Source: Candidatus Latescibacterota bacterium
Lineage (GTDB): Bacteria > Latescibacterota > UBA2968 > UBA8231
Length of the DNA stretch: 64,000 nt
Direction: 5' to 3'
Assembly: GCA_965204725.1 (NCBI GenBank)
Contig: OZ242005.1
Coordinates: 256,001 to 320,000, forward strand
Part shown: positions 1 to 9,572 of the stretch, in pieces
How the letters are laid out: each line of letters starts with the position of its first letter
Position numbering within the stretch: the stretch's first letter is position 1
Made by a program: the position numbers and the translations under genes
The notes under the pieces: model-generated
The model's input: only the letters and a program-made list of their open reading frames with translations
Told to the model about the DNA's origin: nothing
Databases searched by the model: none

Positions 1-1041
1 GGCTTGGGACTCAGTGCGAGGAGGGAGTGGACGCCGCCGATTGCCTTGCTCCGGCTCTACGCGCTCGCGTACCCGGCCTCGGTCGTGCTCTTCTTTCCGG
101 CGGCCCGCTACCGCATGCCGGTCGTGCCGGTGCTGATTGCTTTTGCTGCTTTTGCCGCCTTCCGGCTCTACCTAGGCGTGCGCCGCAAAGCCTACATCCG
201 CACCACAGCGCTGGCCCTGCCTTTAGGAGGTCTATTGGTCCTGTGCAACCTCGCCGAAGCCGCGCCGACTTCAGAGGACGCTCAACTCTACTTCGACCTC
301 GGCGAGGTGCATCTGCGCAAGCAAGACTACGCCCTGTCTGCGCGGTACTCGCGCCGGGCACTGGCACTGGACCCGGAGTACAACTACGCCCGCCACAATC
401 TCGCCGTGGCGTGTTTTCACCAAGAACGCTATGGGGAAAGCGAGCGAGCGGCCCTACAGACCCTAGCGGAAAATCCCCGGCGCATCGACACTCATATCCT
501 CCTAGGTCGGATTTACCTAGCGACCGATGAGCCGCAGCAGGCCGCAACGCATCTGCGCCGCACGCTCGAGCGGGATCCGGACTCCGGCCCGGGCCACTAT
601 TACTACGGCCGCCTGCTCTACCGCCAAGGGCACTACACCGCAGCCGCAACCCACTTGCAGCGGGCACTTGCTTGGCAACCCCAAGACTTCTGGCTGCACT
701 ACGAACTGGGGAGGGCCTTACAGCAGGCTGGACGATCCGAGGCTGCACTCGGCCAGTACCACCAAGCCCTCGCGCTCGAAAGACGGCCCGAGGCCCTAAA
801 CGCCATCGGTGCTCTACACCTGCTCGCCGGGCGTACCCAAGTGGCGCGGACGCATTTTCTGCAAGCACTAGAACTGGCTCCAGACAACCCAGAAGTCCAC
901 GTCAACCTCGCGCTCATCGAACTCGAACACAGAGACCACGCCGCGGCCATTGACCGGCTGCGCCAAGTACTGGCGCGCGGTCCTTCTCCCCACGCGCAAC
1001 GTCTGCTCGCCGAAGCCTATCGCCGGCTCGAATCGCCATGA
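1..1041 (+). CDS. TPR-repeat membrane protein, 5'-truncated by the window edge (N-terminal part resembles the end of a GT39/PMT-like membrane domain)
   Basis: Hydrophobic segments with 'FFPAARYRMPVVPVL' followed by about 8 TPR motifs (e.g. ALALDPEYNYARHNLA); stop overlaps next ATG (ATGA). Confidence 0.75.
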   Translation, partial: GLGLSARREWTPPIALLRLYALAYPASVVLFFPAARYRMPVVPVLIAFAAFAAFRLYLGVRRKAYIRTTALALPLGGLLVLCNLAEAAPTSEDAQLYFDLGEVHLRKQDYALSARYSRRALALDPEYNYARHNLAVACFHQERYGESERAALQTLAENPRRIDTHILLGRIYLATDEPQQAATHLRRTLERDPDSGPGHYYYGRLLYRQGHYTAAATHLQRALAWQPQDFWLHYELGRALQQAGRSEAALGQYHQALALERRPEALNAIGALHLLAGRTQVARTHFLQALELAPDNPEVHVNLALIELEHRDHAAAIDRLRQVLARGPSPHAQRLLAEAYRRLESP

Positions 1042-2684
1042 ACGCCTCGTCCGGCTCCTTCCCAGCTCTTTTGTTCCTTGCTTGCGCGTTGCCCGTCTCC
1101 AGTGCGGGGCCGCTTTTTACCGATGTGACCCAAGCGGCCGGCATCGCCTTCATCAATGAATCCGGCGGGGCCGACAAGCAGTACATCATCGAAACCCAAT
1201 CGGCTGGCGGCGGCTTTTGGGACTACGACGGCGACGGCCATCTCGACCTCTTTCTCACCAGCGGCGTCCGCCCGGACTCGACCGCAGGCACCGCGCTCTA
1301 TCGCGGGATAGGGCACGGCGCGTTTAGCAATGTGACCGCCGGCTCTGGCACGGGGCTGGGCGGCTGGAATATGGGCGTGGCCTTTGCCGACTACGATAGC
1401 GATGGCGACCCGGACCTCTACCTCACTCGTTGGGGCCGGGACGCGCTTTTGGCCAACGAGACAGAGACAGACGCGACCTTCAAAGACGTCACGGCGGCCG
1501 CGGGCCTTGGCTCGGCAGGCTGGGGGATCGGATCGGCCTTTGCCGACTACGACCGCGACGGCGATCTCGACCTCTACGTCGCCAACTACATAACCTATAA
1601 ACGCGGGGGGCCGCCCTTTTACGACCGCTGGTGCAAGCACAACGGCGTACCCGCGGCCTGTGGCCCGAGCGGTGCCCAAGCTCAGCCGGACTTGCTCTAC
1701 CGCAACGAAGGCGATGGCACCTATATCGACGCCAGCCGACAAGCGGGCATTCGCGGCCCGAATTACTACGGCATGGGCGTGGCTTGGTCCGACTTGGATG
1801 GCGACGGCGACCCCGATCTCTACGTCGCCAACGATGGACATCCCAATAGCCTCTTTCGCAACGACGGGGGCCGCTTTACCAACATCTCGCTGGCGACTGG
1901 TACGGCCTATAGCGGCGATGGACGGGCCCAAGCCGGCATGGGCGTCGCGCTGGCCGACTTCGACAACGACTTACAGGTAGATGTTTTTGTGACCAACTTC
2001 TCGCAGGACCAAAACACCCTCTACCGCAACGAGGGCAATGGGTTCTTCACCGACGTCAGTGGGTACGCCGGCCTAGCCGGCAGCAGCCGGCCTTTTATGG
2101 GCTGGGGCACTTTCTTCTTTGACTACGACCACGACGGCTGGCAGGACCTCTTCGTCGCCAACGGGCACCTCATGCCGGCCATTGAACGCGCCGGCGGCGG
2201 TCTCGGCTACCGCCAGCGCAACCAGCTCTACCGCAACTTAGGCGACGGGCGCTTTCGGGAAATCGCCGATGAGCCAGCACTCGCCGCCGAGCAGGTCAGC
2301 CGCGGCGCGGCCTGCGGCGATTACGACAGCGACGGCGACCTCGACCTCTTAATCGCCAATTTAGACGACGTCCCCACCCTCTTGCGCAACGACGGTGCGA
2401 ACAAAGGCCACTCCCTGCTGTTGACGCTACGCCAAGGCGTCACCGAGGCCATCGGAGCGCGTGTGCGGGTCCATGCCGGCGGCCAGGACCAAATGCGCGA
2501 AGTGCTCACCGGCTCTAGCTTCCAAGCCCAGAGCGATACGCGCTTGCACTTCGGCTTGGGACCCGCGGCCACGGCCGATATCGCAATCACATGGCCGGAC
2601 GGTGAGCAGCAAGTCTTTCGCGCCGTGCCCGCCGACCGCCATTACGTCATTCACCGGGGCGTCCATCGCCTCATGCCGGAGTAG
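1038..2684 (+). CDS. CRTAC1-family protein (FG-GAP/VCBS repeats plus ASPIC/UnbV C-terminal domain)
   Basis: Signal peptide; repeated DYDxDGDxDLYVxN motifs; C-terminal 'AIGARVRV...SFQAQSDTRLHFGLG...ITWPDG'. Confidence 0.9.
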   Translation: MNASSGSFPALLFLACALPVSSAGPLFTDVTQAAGIAFINESGGADKQYIIETQSAGGGFWDYDGDGHLDLFLTSGVRPDSTAGTALYRGIGHGAFSNVTAGSGTGLGGWNMGVAFADYDSDGDPDLYLTRWGRDALLANETETDATFKDVTAAAGLGSAGWGIGSAFADYDRDGDLDLYVANYITYKRGGPPFYDRWCKHNGVPAACGPSGAQAQPDLLYRNEGDGTYIDASRQAGIRGPNYYGMGVAWSDLDGDGDPDLYVANDGHPNSLFRNDGGRFTNISLATGTAYSGDGRAQAGMGVALADFDNDLQVDVFVTNFSQDQNTLYRNEGNGFFTDVSGYAGLAGSSRPFMGWGTFFFDYDHDGWQDLFVANGHLMPAIERAGGGLGYRQRNQLYRNLGDGRFREIADEPALAAEQVSRGAACGDYDSDGDLDLLIANLDDVPTLLRNDGANKGHSLLLTLRQGVTEAIGARVRVHAGGQDQMREVLTGSSFQAQSDTRLHFGLGPAATADIAITWPDGEQQVFRAVPADRHYVIHRGVHRLMPE

Positions 2685-2688
2685 AACC

Positions 2689-4011
2689 ATGCGCTTTGTC
2701 CTGCTTTTTTTGGTGGTATGCACCGCTTGTACCCGCGAAATACCCGATCCACCGCCAGCGTCCACCGCACCCGCAGACCCAGCGGCTCAGACCTTTGCCT
2801 CCGGCCGTGCGCTCCAAGCGCGTGGCCTTTTTACCCAAGCCGAGCAAGCCTATCGCCAAGCACTGCACCAAGCCCCGACCAACCCCCAGTATCACTACTA
2901 TCTCGGCGTCACCTTGCACGCCCAAAGTCGCTTTGCCGAGGCGCGGACCCAGTTTGAAAAAGCACTCGAATTAAAACCCGACTACGCCGGGCCGCGCATT
3001 GCCTTGGGCAAAATGCTCTATGATGTCCACGGGAAAGTAGAAGAAGCGCGTCAACTCCTCACCGAGGCCCTAAAGCTGGCGCCGAGTGCGGTCGAAGCGC
3101 GGTATATCCTAGGCGCGATCCATCAGCGCGAAGGCCAGCTCCAAGAGGCCCGCGAAATTTTCGCCGCCATTGCCGCGGCCGACTCCACCCACCTCCAAGC
3201 TCGGCTCCAGCTAGGTTTAGTCGAACTAAAGCTGGGCAACTACCAAGAAGCCGAGAGCCAACTGCGCCAAGTCGCCCGCCTTAGTCCCCACGAGCCGGCC
3301 GCATTTTTGGGGATCGGGCAGGCTCTGTTGCGCCTCGGTCGCGCCGCAGAGGGGGAGCGCGTCCTCGAGCGTGCGCGCGTCTTGGACGAACAAAACGCCC
3401 AACTCAAGCCCCACCAAGACGCGCTGCGCCAGTACCCAGACCAACCCCAAGCCCACTCCAATCTCGCCGCGGTTTACAGCCGCTTTGGGCGTCTCAAACA
3501 GGCCGTTGAGCACTATCGCCAGTCCATCCTCATCGACTCGACCTATGGCTTGGGGTATCAAGGGTTGGGCACGCTGCTCCAGCGCCGGGGCAAGGACGAT
3601 TTGGCGGCGCGCTATTACCTCAAAGCACTGAGCTACGACTCGACCTTGGCCGAAAGCCACAACAATCTGGGCTTGATCTTTCACAAGCAGGGCGCCCTAG
3701 CAAAGGCCCTCCAACGATACGAGCGGGCCATTCGGTTCGCCCCCTCTACGGGTTTCTACTACTCCAACCTCGGCAATGCGTACCTCGAAATGGAGCAACT
3801 GGACCAAGCGCAGGCGGCCGTTGAGCGAGCCATCGAACTGGACGCGCAACTCTATAGTGCTCGCGTATTGCTCGGCGACATCCACGCGCACCGCGGCGAA
3901 TTCGCCCGCGCCATCGCGCTGTGGGAAGCCATTCCGTCCGGTGGGGCGGCCGGTGAGACTGTACAAGCCAAGATCGCCGACGCCCGCCGGCAGCTAGCCG
4001 CGCCGCAATGA
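2689..4011 (+). CDS. TPR-repeat lipoprotein
   Basis: Likely start ATG 2689 (MRFVLLFLVVCTAC, lipobox-like), in frame with ORF 2461..4011; many TPR motifs. Confidence 0.85.
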   Translation: MRFVLLFLVVCTACTREIPDPPPASTAPADPAAQTFASGRALQARGLFTQAEQAYRQALHQAPTNPQYHYYLGVTLHAQSRFAEARTQFEKALELKPDYAGPRIALGKMLYDVHGKVEEARQLLTEALKLAPSAVEARYILGAIHQREGQLQEAREIFAAIAAADSTHLQARLQLGLVELKLGNYQEAESQLRQVARLSPHEPAAFLGIGQALLRLGRAAEGERVLERARVLDEQNAQLKPHQDALRQYPDQPQAHSNLAAVYSRFGRLKQAVEHYRQSILIDSTYGLGYQGLGTLLQRRGKDDLAARYYLKALSYDSTLAESHNNLGLIFHKQGALAKALQRYERAIRFAPSTGFYYSNLGNAYLEMEQLDQAQAAVERAIELDAQLYSARVLLGDIHAHRGEFARAIALWEAIPSGGAAGETVQAKIADARRQLAAPQ

Positions 4012-5510
4012 GCTGGGCTGTCTCGCTCGCCGCACTATGGGCGACTTTGAGTGGGTGTGGGGCAAGCTTCGGCCCGGAAGAAGAGGGCGAACGCTTGGTG
4101 CGGGCCGGGCGCGCCTTGGCCGCAGAACACCGCTACGCCGAGGCGAGGCGCGCCTTTGCAAAAGCCCTAGCCTTAGACTCGCTCAACGCCGCAGCGCACT
4201 GTGCCTTGGGCGATCTCGACGCTCGGCTCGGGCACGTAGAGCGAGCGGTCCGGGCCTACCAAGCCGCGCTCGCTGCCGACTCTACGTACCATCGCGCCCG
4301 GCACAACTTAGCTGTGATCGAGGCCGACCGGGGCCACCTGCCCCTAGCCATCGAGCTCCTCGAACACACTCCGACCTATGTCCCGGCCCTCCGCACACTG
4401 CCCCTCTTCTACGCCAAACAGGGACGCTACGACCTAGCCGAAAAGGGATTGCATACCGCCCTAGCGGCCGGCGGGGAAAGCATGGACGTGCGGCAACAAC
4501 TCGGCCGGCTCTATTTGCGCCAAGGCCGCTACGACGAGGCTCGAACCGCCCTCGACCGCGCCCTCGTCCAAGACTCGACCGAGGCCGAAAGTCACCGTCT
4601 GCTCGGTCTGCTACACCTAGCGGAGCGGCGTTATCCACAGGCGTTGGCGGCCTTTCGCCGTACGCTCGCGCTCAACCCCCAGCAGATCGAGGCCCACTAC
4701 AACCTTTCTTCGGCACTTTTGGGGCTGGGGCAGCCAACCCAAGCGCAGACGGCTCTAACGCGTTTTGAGACCCTTGCCGCACACGCCGCCCAAGTCGCCC
4801 GTCTGCGCCGCCAGCTCGACGCCGATCCCAACGACCGTGCGACTCGCTTGCAACTCGCGCATCACTACCGACAACTCGGCCGCGACGACGACGCCCTCAT
4901 CCACTATCGGGCCGCACTGCTGGCTGATCCGGCTGAGTTAGAGGTCCTAATTCCGCTAAGCGGCCTTTTGTTGGAGCAAGGACGAGACCAAGAAGTGCTC
5001 GAACTAAGCGGCCGAGGCATCGCCCAGCACCCCGAGGATGTACGCACCAGCAAGCTCCACTTCGCCTGCGGCTACGTCTATATGCGACGCGACCAGTACG
5101 AGGCGGCTCGCACTTCCTTTGAGCACGCACTAGCGCTCGATTCTTCCTCGGCTACCGTTTGGAACAACCTCGGCCACATCCAATTGCGTTTGGGCGAAGA
5201 AGCAGCGGGCCAACGGGCACTGGAAGCGGCCATTGCCGCCGATTCAACCCTAGCCGACGCCCACTACAATCTCGGCGGCCTCTTCCTGCAAAAGGGGCAG
5301 CTAGCCCAAGCGCAGCGGGCCTATCGGGCGGCACTGGAGGCCGATTCAACCTTGACGCGGACCTATTACGCGCTGGCCACCGTGTACCAAGCCCAAGGCG
5401 CGATTGCTCAGGCCCGCCGTTGCTACCAAGCCTTTATCGACAAGTGGCAAGGCGACCCAGACTTCCTGCGCCAAGCCCGCGAGCGGCTCGCCGAGCTGTC
5501 GAGTCCCTGA
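4008..5510 (+). CDS. TPR-repeat lipoprotein
   Basis: Lipobox LSGC; about 12 TPR motifs; ATGA coupling to upstream gene. Confidence 0.85.
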   Translation: MSWAVSLAALWATLSGCGASFGPEEEGERLVRAGRALAAEHRYAEARRAFAKALALDSLNAAAHCALGDLDARLGHVERAVRAYQAALAADSTYHRARHNLAVIEADRGHLPLAIELLEHTPTYVPALRTLPLFYAKQGRYDLAEKGLHTALAAGGESMDVRQQLGRLYLRQGRYDEARTALDRALVQDSTEAESHRLLGLLHLAERRYPQALAAFRRTLALNPQQIEAHYNLSSALLGLGQPTQAQTALTRFETLAAHAAQVARLRRQLDADPNDRATRLQLAHHYRQLGRDDDALIHYRAALLADPAELEVLIPLSGLLLEQGRDQEVLELSGRGIAQHPEDVRTSKLHFACGYVYMRRDQYEAARTSFEHALALDSSSATVWNNLGHIQLRLGEEAAGQRALEAAIAADSTLADAHYNLGGLFLQKGQLAQAQRAYRAALEADSTLTRTYYALATVYQAQGAIAQARRCYQAFIDKWQGDPDFLRQARERLAELSSP

Positions 5511-5512
5511 TA

Positions 5513-5640
5513 TAGCCGTCCTAATGGAATGTTGATCGGCATGGTCTTTTTTGCCTATAAGGCGTCCTTCCCGCGCAAGAACGTCACCCCGTGCTCCGAC
5601 ACGGGGCGGGAATCCAGTCTTGAATGATGTGGGATTGCTA
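5513..5640. mobile_element. MITE-like element A (TA-flanked) with internal nested palindromes
   Basis: Ends TAGCCGTCCTA ... TGGGATTGCTA (imperfect TIR), TA at 5511-12 and 5641-42; internal CTTCCCGCGCAAG[..CCCCGTGCTCCGACACGGGG]CGGGAATCCAG. Confidence 0.65.
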
Positions 5641-5642
5641 TA

Positions 5643-5821
5643 TAGCCGTCCTACATCCTTCATACGGGATGTTCTACATGGCGTTTTGGGTATGAGATAC
5701 TTCGCTGCGCTCAGTATGACAAGGTGTCTGGGGCACCAAGCCCCCGTCTGTGTGTCATGCTGAGCGCAGCGCAGCGAAGTCGAAGCATCTCTACATGCTT
5801 GCAAGTCATTTAGGATTGCTA
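5643..5821. mobile_element. MITE-like element B (TA-flanked) with internal inverted repeat
   Basis: Ends TAGCCGTCCTA ... TAGGATTGCTA, TA at 5641-42 and 5822-23; internal IR GAGATACTTCGCTGCGCTCAGTATGACA / TGTCATGCTGAGCGCAGCG..CGAAGCATCTC. Confidence 0.7.
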
Positions 5822-5822
5822 T

Positions 5823-7550
5823 ATGTCCATCCGAATTCTTCTGATATGCTTTCTCGGTCTGGCCTGCAACGCCGCCGAAGAGACCACACCGCCGGCACCG
5901 CTCCAGTACGCCGCACCCGCGGGCTCGTCGCTCCGCTTTGTCGAAGTCGCGTCGACCGTCGGCCTGATCTATCGGCACGAAAACGGCCACAGCCCCGAGC
6001 GCTACTTCCCCGAGACCATGGGCGGCGGCGGGGCCTTCTTCGACTACGACGGCGATGGCGATTTGGATGTGTACGCGGTGAACGGTGCTTTTATCGCCGC
6101 CGACCCGCAGGATGAAGCCCCTGTCAACAAGCTCTTTCGCAACGACAGCCAGCATTTCGTCGCGGTCGCGGCCGGGGTTGCCCACCGCGGCGTTGGCATG
6201 GGGGTTGCCGCGGCCGACTACGACAGCGACGGCGATCTCGACCTCTATGTGACCAACTTTGGCCCCAACGCACTTTTTCGCAACGACAGCGGGCACTTTG
6301 CCGAAATCGGCCGACCGACCGGCGTGGCCGATGCGCGCTGGGGCACGAGTTGCGCCGCGGCCGATTACGACCGCGACGGCGATCTCGACCTCTATGTCGC
6401 CAACTACGTGGCCTACGATCCGGGCGCGGCGCACGCCGACCAAGTGCCCTATATGGCCGGCTACGAAAGCTATGGCGGCCAAGTGCCGGTCGGCTACCCA
6501 CATCCAGACAACTTCCGCGGGCAAGCCGATCTGCTCTACCGCAACGACGGCGCGGGGCACTTTGTCGATGTCTCGGTCGGCGCGGGGATCGCCGATGCGA
6601 GCGGCAAGGGGCTGGGCGTAGCTTTTGGCGACTACGACCGCGACGGTTGGCCCGACATCTACGTGGCCAACGATGCGGTGCGCAACTTCCTCTACCACAA
6701 CCGCCGCGACGGCACCTTTGCCGAACGAGCGGGGCTGACCGGGGTGGCTTACGGCCAAGACGGGCAGATGGAGGCGGGCATGGGGGTCGATTGGGGCGAC
6801 TACAATGGCGACGGCGTGCTCGACTTGACGGTGACCAACTTCCAAGCCGAGCCGAACGCGCTCTATCGGGGCGAAAGCGGCTTTTTCTCGGTTGCGACCT
6901 TTGCGGCCGGGCTGGGCCTTCCATCGCTGCCGTTTCTCGGTTTTGGCACCCAGTTTTTCGACCCCGACCTCGATGGCGATCTCGACTTGTTTGCCGCCAA
7001 CGGTCACGTCCTCGACAACGTCTCGGCCATTGACCAATCCACTAGCTATGGGCAGCGCAATTTGCTCTTCCGCAACGACGGCGACCGCTTTGCCGAGGTT
7101 TCCGCCGCGTCCGGCCCCGGCTTCTCCTTAGAGCGCGTCAGTCGCGGCAGTGCCACCGGCGACTACGACAACGACGGCGACCCGGACCTTCTCGTCTTCA
7201 ACTCCGGGCAGCCGCTCAGCTTGTTGCGCAACGACCAAGGCGCGGCCAATAACTCGATCACCATCCGGCTCGTGGGGACCAACGGCAACCCGAATGGCAT
7301 CGGTGCCCGGCTGACGGCGCAAAGCGGCGACTGGGTCCAGACGAGGGAACTGCGCGGCAGCCGCTCATACCTATCGCAAAGCCAACTCCGCATCTGTTTG
7401 GGACTAGGGAAACGCCCGCAACTCGACGCGCTAACCGTGCGCTGGCCTTCGGGCCGAGTGGAGCGATTCGGCCCCTTTACAGCCAACCAAGCCATCGCCC
7501 TCGTCGAAGGCAAAGGTGAAGACATCAGCGCGGCTTCTGACCCGCCCTAA
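5823..7550 (+). CDS. CRTAC1-family lipoprotein (FG-GAP repeats plus ASPIC/UnbV)
   Basis: Lipobox GLAC; 'PETMGGGGAFFDYDGDGDLD' and repeated FG-GAP motifs; C-terminal 'GIGARL...SYLSQS...GLG...VRWPSG'. Confidence 0.9.
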   Translation: MSIRILLICFLGLACNAAEETTPPAPLQYAAPAGSSLRFVEVASTVGLIYRHENGHSPERYFPETMGGGGAFFDYDGDGDLDVYAVNGAFIAADPQDEAPVNKLFRNDSQHFVAVAAGVAHRGVGMGVAAADYDSDGDLDLYVTNFGPNALFRNDSGHFAEIGRPTGVADARWGTSCAAADYDRDGDLDLYVANYVAYDPGAAHADQVPYMAGYESYGGQVPVGYPHPDNFRGQADLLYRNDGAGHFVDVSVGAGIADASGKGLGVAFGDYDRDGWPDIYVANDAVRNFLYHNRRDGTFAERAGLTGVAYGQDGQMEAGMGVDWGDYNGDGVLDLTVTNFQAEPNALYRGESGFFSVATFAAGLGLPSLPFLGFGTQFFDPDLDGDLDLFAANGHVLDNVSAIDQSTSYGQRNLLFRNDGDRFAEVSAASGPGFSLERVSRGSATGDYDNDGDPDLLVFNSGQPLSLLRNDQGAANNSITIRLVGTNGNPNGIGARLTAQSGDWVQTRELRGSRSYLSQSQLRICLGLGKRPQLDALTVRWPSGRVERFGPFTANQAIALVEGKGEDISAASDPP

Positions 7551-9558
7551 TCTGCTCAACGAGCGCGCGGCCTAACGCCTCTTGGCCCTGCTCGGCAGCG
7601 ATTTCTACCGCATATCGCTCGGCAGCGGCCAAGCGGCCCGCAGTCATTAGCTCGGCGACGAGCAACTCTAGCAAGTCCGTTGTAAGTGTCTTGCGGATGT
7701 TCGCGTCTTGCGCGGCGCGCTCTAGCGCGGCTAAGGCCCTGACATGCTCTCCGAGTAAATGATGGGCATAGCCGCGAATAAAGTCCTGTAACCCTAGGGA
7801 AAAGTCTGGGGCCGCGCTCAAAAAGCGCAAGCGGTCTAGCAGAGCAGAGAGCGCGGCGCGCTCGGTCGGCCCAATGGGCTCGCCCGCGAGTTGTCCGCAA
7901 CGCACATAGCGCAACGTACTCCACAAATCGCCCCATATCGTATAAGGCTCCTCCAAACGGGCCGCGCGATAATAGGCCCGCGCCCGCTCGTACTCCCGCG
8001 CAGCGTAACACGCTTCAGCCACGTTTAGTGCCAGCAACTCCGGCCCCGCGCCCGTTCTCCACCGCTCGACCCCGCTCTGCTCTCCGGCACTCAGCTCGTC
8101 CCACAGAACCTCGGTCTGCTGACGCAAAGTCTGTACTCGACGCTCGTTGCCCGCATCCAAAGGCGGCGCGGCCAAGAGCGCGGTCATGGCCCGGAGCACG
8201 GCCAGCCGCTCAATGGGCAGGTCGCCGAGCCTACGGCCGTACTCGTCGGCGGCCGCCAACCGATCCGCCGCGCCGGGCGCGACCTGCCAAGGGGCCGGTG
8301 CTCCTTTCAGCGCAGCGACAATAGCCCGGGCCAAGAGCACTTGGCCGGCCGCGGCCGGATGCAAGTGATCGGCCATCAGCTCCCAACCCACGCCGGCCGC
8401 CGGGCTATGGGCGCGAAAGCGCTCCTCAACATCGGCGAGGAGCACCCCTTCTTCGGCCGCGACCCGGCGCACGACCTCGTTCAGTGCGGCTGTCGCCCGC
8501 CAAGGCCGGGGATCCAACTCGCGCGCCTGCACATAAGCCGCCCGCGCCCGCGCCCCATGGCCCAACTGCTCTAAGTGATAACCGCGCAAGAAGTGCAAAT
8601 AAGCATCGTCCGCATAAAGTGCCTCGGCCTGCGCCAAGGCCGTTAGCGCGGCCGACGAGGTGTACTCCCGACCGCCCTGCGCCAAAAAATCCACATAGCG
8701 CACACGTTCCCCATTCGGCAAAGGCGGCTCAAGGCGCGCCGGCGCGAAACCGCGTTCATTGCTGGTCACCGTACAGAGCACCAAAGGAATGTGCCGCGCT
8801 CGGCAAAAGGCCGCCACATCGCGGAGGTTGGTCTCTAAATTGGCCGCGGCCTGCGCTCGCCGCGGATCAGACGCCGAGATCGCGCCGGCCTTAGACATTA
8901 CCTCAATTAAGGGACCATCCGCCCATTCTTTGCCCAACGGCCCTATCAGCGCACCAACCAAGGGCCGCAGCCGCCACTGCACCAGCGCGTAGTGGAGCCG
9001 CTTGGTCCACACGGCTTGCCCGCCTTGGGCCAATGAGGCCGCTCCGTACACCCCGTACAGCTCGTTGTGCCCAGTATAGACCACGACCAAGTCCGCCCCG
9101 AGCGCGGCTACGCCGTCTTCCACGGCGCGGGCCACGGCAAAGCTCGAAGCAGCGGTAATCCCGGCGTTAAAGACCTCGATCGGGCGCGCTGGAAAGAGGT
9201 CGCCGAGCATTTCTTGGAGATAAGACGGGGCCGATAACCGCTTGGGGTGCGGATAGCCCTGCACAGTCGAACCCCCGGCAAACAGTACGCGCAACGCGCC
9301 GGCGGGCGCGGGTTCGATATAGGGCCGCGGGGTCATGCGGATGCCGCGCCGGATCGGCTCGGCCACGCCGGCGAAAAAGCGCCGGGCATAGTCTGGGTTG
9401 ACCGCGTGGAGCGCCCGACCTTCGACGTGCGCTAATTGGACGGCAAACGCCGGCGGATCCAACGCCGGGATCAGCCGCAACCCCCCTTCGATGAGCGCGA
9501 CCAAAACCAAACCGAGCAGCAGGGCTGCAAACCGGCCGCGCATGGCCCCTGCGTTCAT
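7525..9558 (-). CDS. SGNH/GDSL-hydrolase-fold membrane-anchored protein with TPR repeats
   Basis: N-terminal TM; 'GGSTVQGYP' (block I), 'NAG', 'YTGHNE' (block III), 'DHLHP' (block V); helical TPR-like C-terminus. Confidence 0.75.
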   Translation of the reverse strand: MNAGAMRGRFAALLLGLVLVALIEGGLRLIPALDPPAFAVQLAHVEGRALHAVNPDYARRFFAGVAEPIRRGIRMTPRPYIEPAPAGALRVLFAGGSTVQGYPHPKRLSAPSYLQEMLGDLFPARPIEVFNAGITAASSFAVARAVEDGVAALGADLVVVYTGHNELYGVYGAASLAQGGQAVWTKRLHYALVQWRLRPLVGALIGPLGKEWADGPLIEVMSKAGAISASDPRRAQAAANLETNLRDVAAFCRARHIPLVLCTVTSNERGFAPARLEPPLPNGERVRYVDFLAQGGREYTSSAALTALAQAEALYADDAYLHFLRGYHLEQLGHGARARAAYVQARELDPRPWRATAALNEVVRRVAAEEGVLLADVEERFRAHSPAAGVGWELMADHLHPAAAGQVLLARAIVAALKGAPAPWQVAPGAADRLAAADEYGRRLGDLPIERLAVLRAMTALLAAPPLDAGNERRVQTLRQQTEVLWDELSAGEQSGVERWRTGAGPELLALNVAEACYAAREYERARAYYRAARLEEPYTIWGDLWSTLRYVRCGQLAGEPIGPTERAALSALLDRLRFLSAAPDFSLGLQDFIRGYAHHLLGEHVRALAALERAAQDANIRKTLTTDLLELLVAELMTAGRLAAAERYAVEIAAEQGQEALGRALVEQIRAGQKPR

Positions 9559-9572
9559 TGGAATTTGCTGAC

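Noticed and set aside
5511-5823. Repeated TATAGCCGTCCTA as a CRISPR array
   Set aside because: Only two copies, long unequal spacers, inverted partners and TA duplications fit MITEs; no cas genes.
5346-7037. Long antisense ORFs (e.g. 5346..7037 -, 34529..35662 -, 59544..60413 +, 62709..63638 +)
   Set aside because: Shadow ORFs of well-supported genes, expected in high-GC DNA; no recognisable motifs.
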